The position numbers and the translations under genes are program-made. From NCBI GenBank assembly GCA_021773795.1, contig JAJFJT010000004.1:17204-81203 (forward strand): a stretch of DNA of 64,000 bases, given 5' to 3'. The first letter of the stretch is position 1, and each line of letters begins with the position of its first letter. Below are positions 16,794 through 25,132 of the stretch, in pieces. The notes under the pieces were generated by a model. It saw only the letters and a list, made by a program, of their open reading frames with translations. It was not told where the DNA came from and made no database searches. This DNA comes from Gammaproteobacteria bacterium. GTDB lineage: Bacteria; Pseudomonadota; Gammaproteobacteria; HK1.

Positions 16794-18694
16794 TGCAATA
16801 CCTCACTATCGTTGTCGGCATCGGAAAGCAAAACGCTAAACCGACTGCCCTCCCCCGACTTACTCTCCGCCGTCACACTGCCGTGATAGCGATCAACAAT
16901 GGAACGAAGGATGGCGAGCCCAAGACCAGTGCCCCGCACGCTGTCCGCTCGCCGGCTAAAAAAGGGATGAAAAATATAAGGCAAATCCTGGGGGGCAATA
17001 CCGACTCCTGTATCCTTCACTATAAGTTCCACTTTTCCATCCATCCTCCGCGTGCTGACATAAAGGTTCCCACCCTCCGGCATTGCATGAAAGGCATTCT
17101 GGAGCAAATTGAAAATGATCGTACGAAATTCACTTTCGGTCGCCAGCACGCGTAGCTCTGTCGACGCCAAGCTCTGCACCACGGATACACCGTGCGCTTC
17201 AGCCTCCCAAACGAGCAGTGATAGGGTCTCCCGAATCGCCTTGTTTACCTCTACCAATTCGGGACTTCCGGGGGCAGCACTAAGCTTGAGCAAGCGCTTG
17301 GTGATATCAATGCACCGATCAATCTGATCGTCGATTATCTGTAGATAATTCCCAAATACAGAAATATCCACGCCGGAGCGATCCGCCGTATTTACCATCG
17401 AATTCAGGGCCATCCGGAGCGCTGTGAGCGGATTGTAGATTTCATGGGCGACACCAGCAGCCAGGCGACCCAAATCCGCCAACCGCTGCTCCTGTGAAAA
17501 TTGGGTTTTTTCCTCCAGATCGCGCACCGATTCAACGATAAGATCCTGGCCCATAGCGCCACCACACCCACGTAGCGGAATAGCCATTATCTCCACCGGG
17601 AATGTCTGACCGTCGGCCCGCACAAAGCGGTCAAGGTATTTCACCGGCCCATCTTCCTTGCGGGCTTCATACAGCGGGCAGCGGACGAGAGTGGGCGGAC
17701 AGGGTTCATTTCTCTGGTGACTCGAAGCATAACAGGGGCTACCAATGTCCGATTTGTCACCGAGCCCGACCTGCCTGCGGTAGGCAACATTGGACAACAC
17801 CACTCGATACTGTCCATCAATAACGCGAATACCATCTGGAAAGGTGTCCACCAATGCCTGCAGGAACCGGTCACGTTCCTCCATCTCACGCATGTTTCGC
17901 TCAAGACTCTCTGCCATGTGATTGAAGCTTTGGCCCAGTTCACCCAATTCATCGTGGCCGAGGATGGCCACCCGCGCATCAAGGCGCCCCTCGGCTATCG
18001 CCCGGCTGGCCTCACGCAATTGCCACACTGGCAGTAGTATGAAACGCCTCATAAACCACCACCCACCAGCGACCACAATCAGCAATACCACAGCACCAGA
18101 ACCCAGTAGTAACAGGGTGGTTCGCCACGCCTGCATACGGATCGGTGCGGCATCGTAATCAACGAACAGAACCCCGTTGAAAGGATGGCTCCGTACATCC
18201 CCGTGGCAACCGGTGCATGGAACTTTATTCCGCACCGGATTGACGCCTCTTACAATCTCTCTCCCCTGTTCGTTTACCAGGAAGATGGTTGTGCGCTCCT
18301 CGTGCTCGCCATCCTGATGGCATTCCATACAGCCAGTATTCCGATCGCGAGCATAACGGCGACCAAGCATTTCAGGGTTGGATGCGAATCGTACTTCTCC
18401 CTCAGTATTGAGAATCATGACGTTCACGACCCCCGGCTGACGGCCCAATTTGGCAACGATATCGCGCAGACCATCCAGGTCTCGTTTTAGCATTGCATTC
18501 TCCAGAGAGGTCTGTAGCAGCCGATTGATATCCCCCACGATCTGACCGCGTTCCGCCTCCAGTTGTGCCCGGTACATGGTGAGAAACAAGATCAACAATA
18601 CAAAAGAGCTCGTGATCAGGCCCGCTACGGTCCCGAGCATAAACTTACGGCTGAGGCCACTCTCGACCCACCGCCTGCCCTCCGAAAACAACAT
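16790..18694 (-). CDS. sensor histidine kinase with periplasmic dihaem-c-type sensor, HAMP, Cys-rich PAS, HisKA and HATPase (634 aa)
   Basis: Two TM segments flank a loop carrying CMECH and CTGCH. The PAS region has SPCYASSHQRNEPCPPTLVRCPLY. H-box AHEIYNPL. 4-nt overlap with the regulator gene. Confidence 0.85.
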   Translation of the reverse strand: MLFSEGRRWVESGLSRKFMLGTVAGLITSSFVLLILFLTMYRAQLEAERGQIVGDINRLLQTSLENAMLKRDLDGLRDIVAKLGRQPGVVNVMILNTEGEVRFASNPEMLGRRYARDRNTGCMECHQDGEHEERTTIFLVNEQGREIVRGVNPVRNKVPCTGCHGDVRSHPFNGVLFVDYDAAPIRMQAWRTTLLLLGSGAVVLLIVVAGGWWFMRRFILLPVWQLREASRAIAEGRLDARVAILGHDELGELGQSFNHMAESLERNMREMEERDRFLQALVDTFPDGIRVIDGQYRVVLSNVAYRRQVGLGDKSDIGSPCYASSHQRNEPCPPTLVRCPLYEARKEDGPVKYLDRFVRADGQTFPVEIMAIPLRGCGGAMGQDLIVESVRDLEEKTQFSQEQRLADLGRLAAGVAHEIYNPLTALRMALNSMVNTADRSGVDISVFGNYLQIIDDQIDRCIDITKRLLKLSAAPGSPELVEVNKAIRETLSLLVWEAEAHGVSVVQSLASTELRVLATESEFRTIIFNLLQNAFHAMPEGGNLYVSTRRMDGKVELIVKDTGVGIAPQDLPYIFHPFFSRRADSVRGTGLGLAILRSIVDRYHGSVTAESKSGEGSRFSVLLSDADNDSEVLQ

Positions 18695-18965
18695 TTTTCA
18701 GTTCCTCCCCTAGCCCGCCAAACGACGTCGAGAACCCTTATTTCCTCCGCATCATATCCCGTCCGGTCACATAATCCACCACCCCAAAAGCAGGTCATGC
18801 CAACTTGGCGCTTAACTATTTCCAAATTATTCAAGTAGTTAGGATTAGCGTGCCAATATAGCCGCCATTTTGTCAGATCTTTGTTACAGAAAAACCCTAC
18901 CGCGCTCCTACGCACTAAATAAAAATAACTTAAATATCCGTTACTTAGGTTGATTTCAAACACCT

Positions 18966-18981
18966 TGGCACCGTACTTGCT
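18966..18981 (+). promoter_or_regulatory. sigma54 (-24/-12) promoter
   Basis: TGGCAC-CGTAC-TTGCT is an exact match to the TGGCAC-N5-TTGCW consensus. It points at the 19105 gene and lies in the divergent region next to the sigma54 activator operon. Confidence 0.75.
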
Positions 18982-19018
18982 TAGGAGAATGACAGTCGAG
19001 TGCTGAACTCCTAATTAA

Positions 19019-19077
19019 CTTGAAGGGCCCGCTGTACCGGGGCCCCGAGCTTGAAGGGCCCGTCGTACCGGGCCCCC
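19019..19077 (+). repeat. two direct 28-bp GC-rich palindromic repeats in the predicted leader
   Basis: CTTGAAGGGCCCGCTGTACCGGGGCCCC and CTTGAAGGGCCCGTCGTACCGGGCCCCC. Each can fold as GGGCCC…GGGCCC. Confidence 0.7.
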
Positions 19078-19104
19078 GGGGCTGCTGACTTGGGTATCAC
19101 AACT

Positions 19105-19410
19105 TTGAAAAAATGGCGTTGGTGGATAGAGACGGGTACAGCGGCCCTTTTCCTCATCACCCTGACAGGTATCACGCGTGCGGACTACCCAGTGGCCGGA
19201 GTAGAGCCATCCGCACGACCTGCAGGCGCACCCACCATAACCGAGCCAGAAAAAGGTCCAGGCTGGTACCAGCAAGCCTTGACCGGAGTAAGTAAACCTT
19301 ACCCTTACAGCCTTCGCTTTCTCGAAGATCAGGGCAATTGGTATACGCCCTTCACCCAACCAGGCATGACTGCGCCTTACGACATCCGCAGTTGGCACCA
19401 CGAACCATGA
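19105..19410 (+). CDS. small secreted protein (101 aa), unknown function
   Basis: TTG start gives MKKWRWWIETGTAALFLITLTGITRA|DYP, a signal-peptide-like N-terminus. The C-terminus is aromatic-rich (PYPYSLRFLEDQGNWYTPFTQPGMTAPYDIRSWHH). The start codon is uncertain. Confidence 0.45.
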   Translation: MKKWRWWIETGTAALFLITLTGITRADYPVAGVEPSARPAGAPTITEPEKGPGWYQQALTGVSKPYPYSLRFLEDQGNWYTPFTQPGMTAPYDIRSWHHEP

Positions 19411-19486
19411 CAATCAATACGACCCGCTGAATGAGCGGGGTGATTCCATGTACTTAGTAATAACCTTAAATCAGGAGATAAGATCG

Positions 19487-20932
19487 ATGATTCGAATGCG
19501 TAGCTTCAAACGAGCAGCAGGATTGGCAGTGGTGATCGGCGCCCTCGTCGCCGCACCACAAGCCCAATCTCAGATGTCCGGCATGGGCGGTATGTCCGGC
19601 ATGGGCGGAATGTCCGGCATGGGCGGAATGTCCGGCATGGGCGGTATGTCCGGTATGGGCGGTATGTCCGGTATGGGCGGTATGTCCGGTATGGGCGGTA
19701 TGTCCGGTATGGGCGGTATGTCCGGCATGGGCGGTATGTCCGGCATGGGCGGTATGTCCGGCATGGGCGGAATGTCCGGCATGGGCGGTATGTCCGGCAT
19801 GGGCGGCATGTCCGGTATGCGCGGCATGGGCGGAATGAGTGGCATGGGCGGTATGTCCGGCATGGGCGGAATGTCCGGCATGCGTGGCATGGGCGGAATG
19901 TCCGGCATGCGTGGCATGGGCGGTATGTCCGGCATGCGTGGCATGGGCGGAATGTCCGGCATGGGCGGCATGTCCGGTATGCGCGGCATGGGCGGCATGT
20001 CCGGCATGCGTGGCATGGGCGGTATGTCCGGCATGCGTGGCATGGGCGGTATGTCCGGTATGCATGGCATGGGCGGCATGTCCGGCATGCGTGGCATGGG
20101 CGGTATGTCCGGCATGCATGGCATGGGCGGTATGTCCGGCATGCATGGCATGGGCGGCATGTCCGGCATGCGTGGCATGGGCGGCATGTCCGGCATGCGT
20201 GGTATGGGCGGAATGTCCGGCATGCGTGGCATGGGCGGCATGTCCGGCATGCGTGGTATGGGCGGTATGTCCGGCATGCGTGGCATGGGCGGTATGTCCG
20301 GCATGCGTGGCATGGGCGGAATGTCCGGCATGGGCGGTATGTCCGGCATGCGTGGCATGGGCGGAATGTCCGGCATGGGCGGCATGTCCGGTATGCGCGG
20401 CATGGGCGGAATGAGTGGCATGGGCGGTATGTCCGGCATGCATGGCATGGGCGGAATGTCCGGCATGCGTGGCATGGGCGGTATGCGCGGCATGGGCGGT
20501 ATGTCCGGCATGCATGGCATGGGCGGAATGTCCGGCATGCGTGGTATGGGCGGTATGTCCGGCATGCGTGGTATGGCCGGAATGCATGGCATGGGCGGAA
20601 TGGCCGGGATGCAAGGTATGGGCGGTCACCGCCAGCCTGTTAATACCGAAGGCAAGGCACGGAAACAGAGCGAGAGATGGCTGCGTGCCACCGGTCTGCC
20701 CGGTTATAGCATTGGCAAGATCCGCAAAGTTAACAACATTTATGTTGTCAGCGTAGTGGGCGCCAAACCACCGCATGCGCTAGCCAATCAGCTTGTCATC
20801 CGCCAGGCCGACGGAGCCATCGTGCCGATCAATCCGGTGCGTATCGCCCGCATGTCTGGAATGGGTGGCATGTCTGGAATGGGTGGTATGTCCGGTATGC
20901 AGGGCCGTAAAGGCTGGACACCCCCACGCTGA
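19487..20932 (+). CDS. secreted methionine-rich repeat protein (481 aa)
   Basis: ATG 10 nt after AGGAG. Signal peptide MIRMRSFKRAAGLAVVIGALVAAPQAQS. About 350 residues of GMGGMS and GM(R/H)GMGGMS units, then a ~75-aa non-repeat domain (…WLRATGLPGYSIGKIRKVNNIYVVSVV…LVIRQADGAIVPI), then three more MSGMGG units. Confidence 0.8.
   Translation: MIRMRSFKRAAGLAVVIGALVAAPQAQSQMSGMGGMSGMGGMSGMGGMSGMGGMSGMGGMSGMGGMSGMGGMSGMGGMSGMGGMSGMGGMSGMGGMSGMGGMSGMGGMSGMRGMGGMSGMGGMSGMGGMSGMRGMGGMSGMRGMGGMSGMRGMGGMSGMGGMSGMRGMGGMSGMRGMGGMSGMRGMGGMSGMHGMGGMSGMRGMGGMSGMHGMGGMSGMHGMGGMSGMRGMGGMSGMRGMGGMSGMRGMGGMSGMRGMGGMSGMRGMGGMSGMRGMGGMSGMGGMSGMRGMGGMSGMGGMSGMRGMGGMSGMGGMSGMHGMGGMSGMRGMGGMRGMGGMSGMHGMGGMSGMRGMGGMSGMRGMAGMHGMGGMAGMQGMGGHRQPVNTEGKARKQSERWLRATGLPGYSIGKIRKVNNIYVVSVVGAKPPHALANQLVIRQADGAIVPINPVRIARMSGMGGMSGMGGMSGMQGRKGWTPPR
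19574..20626 (+). repeat. 1,053-bp in-frame tandem array of 18-bp and 27-bp units
   Basis: ATGTCCGGCATGGGCGGT and ATGTCCGGCATGCGTGGCATGGGCGGT units. Variation is mostly at third codon positions. Confidence 0.95.
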
Positions 20933-20970
20933 TAAGGATTACAGCGCACCTAAGAAGCGTTAAAGGGGGC

Positions 20971-21001
20971 AGGGATACACGGATGTATCCCTTTTTCTTT
21001 T
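20971..21001 (+). terminator. rho-independent terminator after the Met-rich gene
   Basis: AGGGATACA-CGGA-TGTATCCCT stem-loop followed by TTTTCTTTT. Confidence 0.7.
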
Positions 21002-21044
21002 GCTTACCCAACCTACCCGAATTCAGAAAACAGGAGCATAGATT

Positions 21045-21851
21045 GTGCGGCTTGGCAGACTGGAGATCCTGGCGACACTGCTACTTGCAGCAGGCATCAC
21101 AACAATGGCCATCGCGGATACTGCCGAAATAGCCCGGCAGCAATATCATGCGGAACAGTGGAATCCTATCCACTTCAAGCCAGACATTGAACACGCGACT
21201 GACGAACAATGCCTGGGCTGTCATCAGCAAATACTTAAACGCAGAGTACTGAAGCAGTCACCTGCAGGGGTCAAGGCCAGCGAGTCGCTGGCGTGGTATC
21301 AGACACTCAGTACCTACGAAGGTGGCCAGGAAACCTTTCACCGACGCCATCTTTTAAGCAAGCTGGCAAAAAAAACAATGGACCTCAAATGCGTCACCTG
21401 CCACCAGGGCAACGATCCCCGTGAGGAGGCGCCTCCCCCGAATACAACGGACGCCGGATTTACCCTGCGCAAGATGGTGGATCCCAATACCTGTCTTATG
21501 TGTCACGGCAAGTTCAATTATCAACTCATGGGATTACCCGGACCGTGGCCGGAAGTCAGTAAGATATTTGGTGATTCCTGCCTGACTTGTCACATAGCCA
21601 TTCGCACCAACCGTCACCAGGTAAATTTCCTTCGTTCAGAAAACATCGAAAAAGCCGGCAAAGAAAATGCCGACGTTTGCTACGGCTGTCATGGAGGACG
21701 CGCCTGGTATCGCACCAGCTACCCCTATCCACGCCACAGTTGGCCGAGCATGGCCAAACAGGTCCCTGAATGGGCTAAGGATCGAGCAACAAAATCATTG
21801 CCGCGTTTCCTTCCGGCCACAACCCGAAAACAAGGCATGGAGGCACGGTGA
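21045..21851 (+). CDS. pentahaem c-type cytochrome (268 aa)
   Basis: GTG start after AGGAG. N-terminal signal or anchor peptide. Five CxxCH motifs: CLGCH, CVTCH, CLMCH, CLTCH, CYGCH. Confidence 0.85.
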   Translation: MRLGRLEILATLLLAAGITTMAIADTAEIARQQYHAEQWNPIHFKPDIEHATDEQCLGCHQQILKRRVLKQSPAGVKASESLAWYQTLSTYEGGQETFHRRHLLSKLAKKTMDLKCVTCHQGNDPREEAPPPNTTDAGFTLRKMVDPNTCLMCHGKFNYQLMGLPGPWPEVSKIFGDSCLTCHIAIRTNRHQVNFLRSENIEKAGKENADVCYGCHGGRAWYRTSYPYPRHSWPSMAKQVPEWAKDRATKSLPRFLPATTRKQGMEAR

Positions 21852-24436
21852 AAGACAAAAAATCAGATGGCGTAAAGACCATGGCCCACGACTCAATGAA
21901 ATTTATCTCATCCCGCCTGAATGTGAACAGGCGCTCGTTCCTCAAGGCCTCGGCCGCGACGACTACGGCGCTTACAGCCGGGGGATTGATCAATCTCGTG
22001 GGGGCCACAAAAGCCAAGGCCTTTGCCTACGAGCCCTATCCTGGCGACGATGAACTGGAGACAGTCGTCACCAGTTGCGCCCATAACTGTGGGTCCCGCC
22101 ACGTACTGGTAGCCCACAAAAAGGGAGACGTCATCGTACGCCTGTCAACGGACGACGGAAGCTATCAGCGTGCGGGGGAATTTGGCAAAGATACCCTGGA
22201 GGAACCCCAGTTGCGGGCCTGCTTGCGCGGCCGCTCCTATCGCCAGCGGATCTATTCCGCCGAACGCTTGCTGTACCCGATGATACGGGTCGGCAAACGT
22301 GGCGAGGGAAGATTCAAGCGTGCGTCCTGGGACGCTGTGCTTGATCACGTAGCTGGCAAAATGATCGCTTTGAAAGAAAAGTACGGGCCTACCGCCCTGC
22401 TGGATCAAAGCTACGCCGGCGCCTCCTATGGTGTCCTGCATAAATCCGACCAGATCGACGGCCTGCTTGGGCGGTTTCTCGGCATGTTTGGATCCAGGAC
22501 CAACTCCTGGTCCGTGCCATCCTATCAGGGCACCACCTTCAGCTCGCGCATGACCTTCGGCACCATTGAAGACGGCAACGAAGACGACGCCTTCGCTCAC
22601 TCCAAGCTGATCATCATGTGGGGCTGGAATCCCGCCTACACTTTTCACGGTGGCAATACGTTCTATTACATGCGGGTGGCAAAACAACGGGGCTGCAAGT
22701 TTGTTCTGATCGATCCGCAATATACGGATTCTGCAGCAGCCTACGATGCCTGGTGGATTCCCATTCGCCCCAATACTGACGCCGCAATGATGGCGGCCAT
22801 GGCCTATCACATCTTCACCAATAACCTTCAGGATCAGGATTTTATCGATCGTTTTTCCCAGGGAGTGGATGCGGGAAGCATGCCAGGTTGGGCCAAGGGC
22901 CAGGAAAATTTCAAGGACTATATCCTCGGAAAATACGACGACACTCCGAAGACCCCCGAATGGGCCGAAAAAATTTGTGGCGTCAAGGCTAGCGACATTC
23001 GAAAACTGGCGCAGATGTATACGGCCACCAAACCAGCGGCCCTCAAGGCCTCCTGGGCACCGGGACGCGCAGCCTACGGCGAACAGTACAATCGCATGGC
23101 TGCAGCCCTGCAAACCATGACAGGCAATATCGGCGTCCTCGGTGGATGCGCCGAGGGCGTGGGGAAGGCCTGGCACCCCGAGGGGACAGCCGGTCCCTAT
23201 GATGGAAACAACAATATCTGGTTCCAGTCCATCAAATCCGACCGCTGGGCGCACTGCGTCTTGAACTACCCCAATTTGCGGCGCGAGGAAATCGGTCTGT
23301 GGCCGCGTTCGGATAACACCGATGGACAGATCCCCAACATCCGCGGGATCTTCTGGCAAGGCTCAAACTGGTTCAATCAGCTTACTAACATCAACAAGGA
23401 GATCCAGGCCATTGCCAAGCTGGATTTCGTCGTGTGTATGGATTCCACCATTACCTCGTCAGGAATCTGGGCAGATGTGCTGCTGCCGGTTGCATCTCAT
23501 TTCGAGCGACATGACGTGGCACTTCCCTGGTACAAGGGGCATTACTACATCCATCGCCCAAAGGTCATTGAACCCCTGGGTGAGAGCAAAACCGATCTCC
23601 AGATCTTCACCGAACTCGCACGCCGTATCGACCCGCGATTCGCACAGCGTTACAACCCCAAGGCCGATCGGAATTATTTCCACTATAACGACGATGTTGA
23701 TGAGGCCTACCTGAACGAATGGTGGGACCAAAGGGTCATGGGCCATCAGGGGGTGACCATGCCTTGGGAAGAATTCAAGCAAAATGGTATCTACAAGTTC
23801 AAGCTGCCACGGCCCCATGTCGCGTTTCAGGATCAAATTGAAAAGGGTATCCCGTTCCAAACCGCTTCTGGAAAAATCGAGATTTTCTCGGGCCAGCTCG
23901 CCCAGATCACTGACTGGACCAAAACCAGTTATGGATATCCCATCCCCTCCATTCCCAAATGGATAGAGCCGTGGGAGTCACTCAACAGTCCGGAGGCCGC
24001 GAAACATCCATTCCATCTGATCTCACCCCATCCGCGCTGGCGCACCCACTCCATATTCAACAACTGTAGTTGGCTGCGGGAAACCTACGAACACGAAGTC
24101 ACCATCAGCACCACCGATGCTCGGAAACTGGGGCTCAAGACCGGTGACATCGTGGAAGTATGGAATGATCGCGGCAGGGTGGTGGTTCCGGTGTACGTTA
24201 GTGAACGCTGCATGCCCCGGGTTGCGGTGCTCTATGAAGGCGCATGGATGTACCTCGACAAAAATGGGGTGGATCGTGGTGGTAATCCTGATTTCCTGAC
24301 ACTGGATAAACCCAGCCCGGCAGGAGCCTTTGCCTACAACACGGTACTGGCCAGCATCCGCAAGACCCGCCTTACCCATCGGCCTGGCTGGGACAAGCTC
24401 AGCACCTCCCGTGCCCGGACCTTCCGGCACAAATAA
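21848..24436 (+). CDS. Tat-exported molybdopterin (bis-PGD) oxidoreductase catalytic subunit, DmsA/YnfE-like (862 aa)
   Basis: GTGA overlap with the cytochrome gene, with GGAGG upstream. Twin-arginine motif NRRSFLK. DmsA-like blocks SCAHNCGSRH, RACLRGRSYRQRIYSAERLLYPM, IDPQYTDSAA…WIPIRPNTDAA, TASGKIEIFS. Confidence 0.85.
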   Translation: MKDKKSDGVKTMAHDSMKFISSRLNVNRRSFLKASAATTTALTAGGLINLVGATKAKAFAYEPYPGDDELETVVTSCAHNCGSRHVLVAHKKGDVIVRLSTDDGSYQRAGEFGKDTLEEPQLRACLRGRSYRQRIYSAERLLYPMIRVGKRGEGRFKRASWDAVLDHVAGKMIALKEKYGPTALLDQSYAGASYGVLHKSDQIDGLLGRFLGMFGSRTNSWSVPSYQGTTFSSRMTFGTIEDGNEDDAFAHSKLIIMWGWNPAYTFHGGNTFYYMRVAKQRGCKFVLIDPQYTDSAAAYDAWWIPIRPNTDAAMMAAMAYHIFTNNLQDQDFIDRFSQGVDAGSMPGWAKGQENFKDYILGKYDDTPKTPEWAEKICGVKASDIRKLAQMYTATKPAALKASWAPGRAAYGEQYNRMAAALQTMTGNIGVLGGCAEGVGKAWHPEGTAGPYDGNNNIWFQSIKSDRWAHCVLNYPNLRREEIGLWPRSDNTDGQIPNIRGIFWQGSNWFNQLTNINKEIQAIAKLDFVVCMDSTITSSGIWADVLLPVASHFERHDVALPWYKGHYYIHRPKVIEPLGESKTDLQIFTELARRIDPRFAQRYNPKADRNYFHYNDDVDEAYLNEWWDQRVMGHQGVTMPWEEFKQNGIYKFKLPRPHVAFQDQIEKGIPFQTASGKIEIFSGQLAQITDWTKTSYGYPIPSIPKWIEPWESLNSPEAAKHPFHLISPHPRWRTHSIFNNCSWLRETYEHEVTISTTDARKLGLKTGDIVEVWNDRGRVVVPVYVSERCMPRVAVLYEGAWMYLDKNGVDRGGNPDFLTLDKPSPAGAFAYNTVLASIRKTRLTHRPGWDKLSTSRARTFRHK

Positions 24437-24466
24437 CACCTTGAATTCAGGAGATAGATAGGCGCT

Positions 24467-25132
24467 ATGGGTACGCTTAAAGATCGAGCAAAAATCAAGG
24501 CGGCGGTTATCCGGCGCAAAAAAGAAACCTATGTCCCGGTCATCCCGGAAAAGCAGCTGGGATTCATCCACCACAATGTGGATTGTATCGGCTGCCGGGC
24601 CTGTGAGATTGCATGCAAAGACAAAAATGGCCTGCCTCCCGGTCCCCGATTCCGGAGAGTGCAGTATATCGAAGGTGGGACCTATCCAGAGGTTTACGCC
24701 TATAAGCTGAACATGTCCTGTAATCACTGCGCTGAGCCGGCATGCCTCCCTGTTTGCCCCACCGGCGCCATCTTCAAGCGCAAGAGAGACGGCATCGTCG
24801 ACATAGACTCTACGCTCTGTATCGGATGCCGCCGCTGCGAGGCGGCCTGTCCCTACGGTGCGCCACAATTCGATCCGATCGCGCGTATAGTCAAAAAATG
24901 CAACCTTTGCGTGGATGAGATTGATGCCGGACGGCAGCCTTACTGCGTGATGGCCTGCATGATGCGGGTGCTTGACGTCGGGCCTATCGACCAGATCTGG
25001 AAAAACAAATTGGTTACCAAGGCAACAGGCCCCACTGACAAGGTAGTACGTCAGGTTAAACACATGGCCGATCCTGAGTTGACCAAACCATCTATTGGAT
25101 TTATTCCCCACAGCAAGGGAAAAGTTGAGTGA
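24467..25132 (+). CDS. 4x[4Fe-4S] electron-transfer subunit, DmsB-like (221 aa)
   Basis: Four Cys clusters: CIGCRACEIAC, CNHCAEPACLPVCP, CIGCRRCEAACP, CNLC…CVMAC. Confidence 0.85.
   Translation: MGTLKDRAKIKAAVIRRKKETYVPVIPEKQLGFIHHNVDCIGCRACEIACKDKNGLPPGPRFRRVQYIEGGTYPEVYAYKLNMSCNHCAEPACLPVCPTGAIFKRKRDGIVDIDSTLCIGCRRCEAACPYGAPQFDPIARIVKKCNLCVDEIDAGRQPYCVMACMMRVLDVGPIDQIWKNKLVTKATGPTDKVVRQVKHMADPELTKPSIGFIPHSKGKVE

Noticed and set aside
19015-19413. 132-aa minus-strand ORF opposite the small secreted-protein gene, and the longer TTG start at 19051.
   Set aside because: The minus-strand ORF runs against the sigma54 promoter direction and lacks features. The stretch from 19051 to 19104 consists of the GC-palindromic leader repeats.
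19570-20592. Other open frames across the array: a PMPDIP-type ORF on the minus strand, and the ACPAWA-type + strand ORFs at 19839-20414 and 20415-20756.
   Set aside because: A periodic 18/27-bp repeat lacking stop codons keeps several frames open by construction. None has a start context or flanking non-repeat sequence.
19574-20626. Regular short repeats that could be mistaken for a CRISPR array.
   Set aside because: The units are contiguous with no unique spacers, are in frame within an ORF, and no cas genes are present.
19466-20776. 436-aa His/Ala/Gly/Thr-rich ORF on the minus strand through the repeat array. It looks like a metal-binding protein.
   Set aside because: It is antisense to a frame that has an SD, a signal peptide, a non-repeat domain and operon context. 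It has no RBS or signal of its own. Unit-to-unit substitutions are synonymous in the + frame, including the TCC/AGT serine switch, but not in this one. It is most likely a repeat-generated shadow ORF, though I cannot exclude it without expression data.
21848-24436. Whether the molybdoenzyme could be an Arx/Arr-type arsenic enzyme or a Psr/Phs/Ttr-type sulfur enzyme, given ars-like genes elsewhere in the window.
   Set aside because: The sequence blocks (NCGSR., RACLRGRS.R.R.Y…RL.YPM, TASGKIEI) are the DmsA/YnfE pattern. The ars-like genes are 34 kb away. The substrate still needs experimental assignment.
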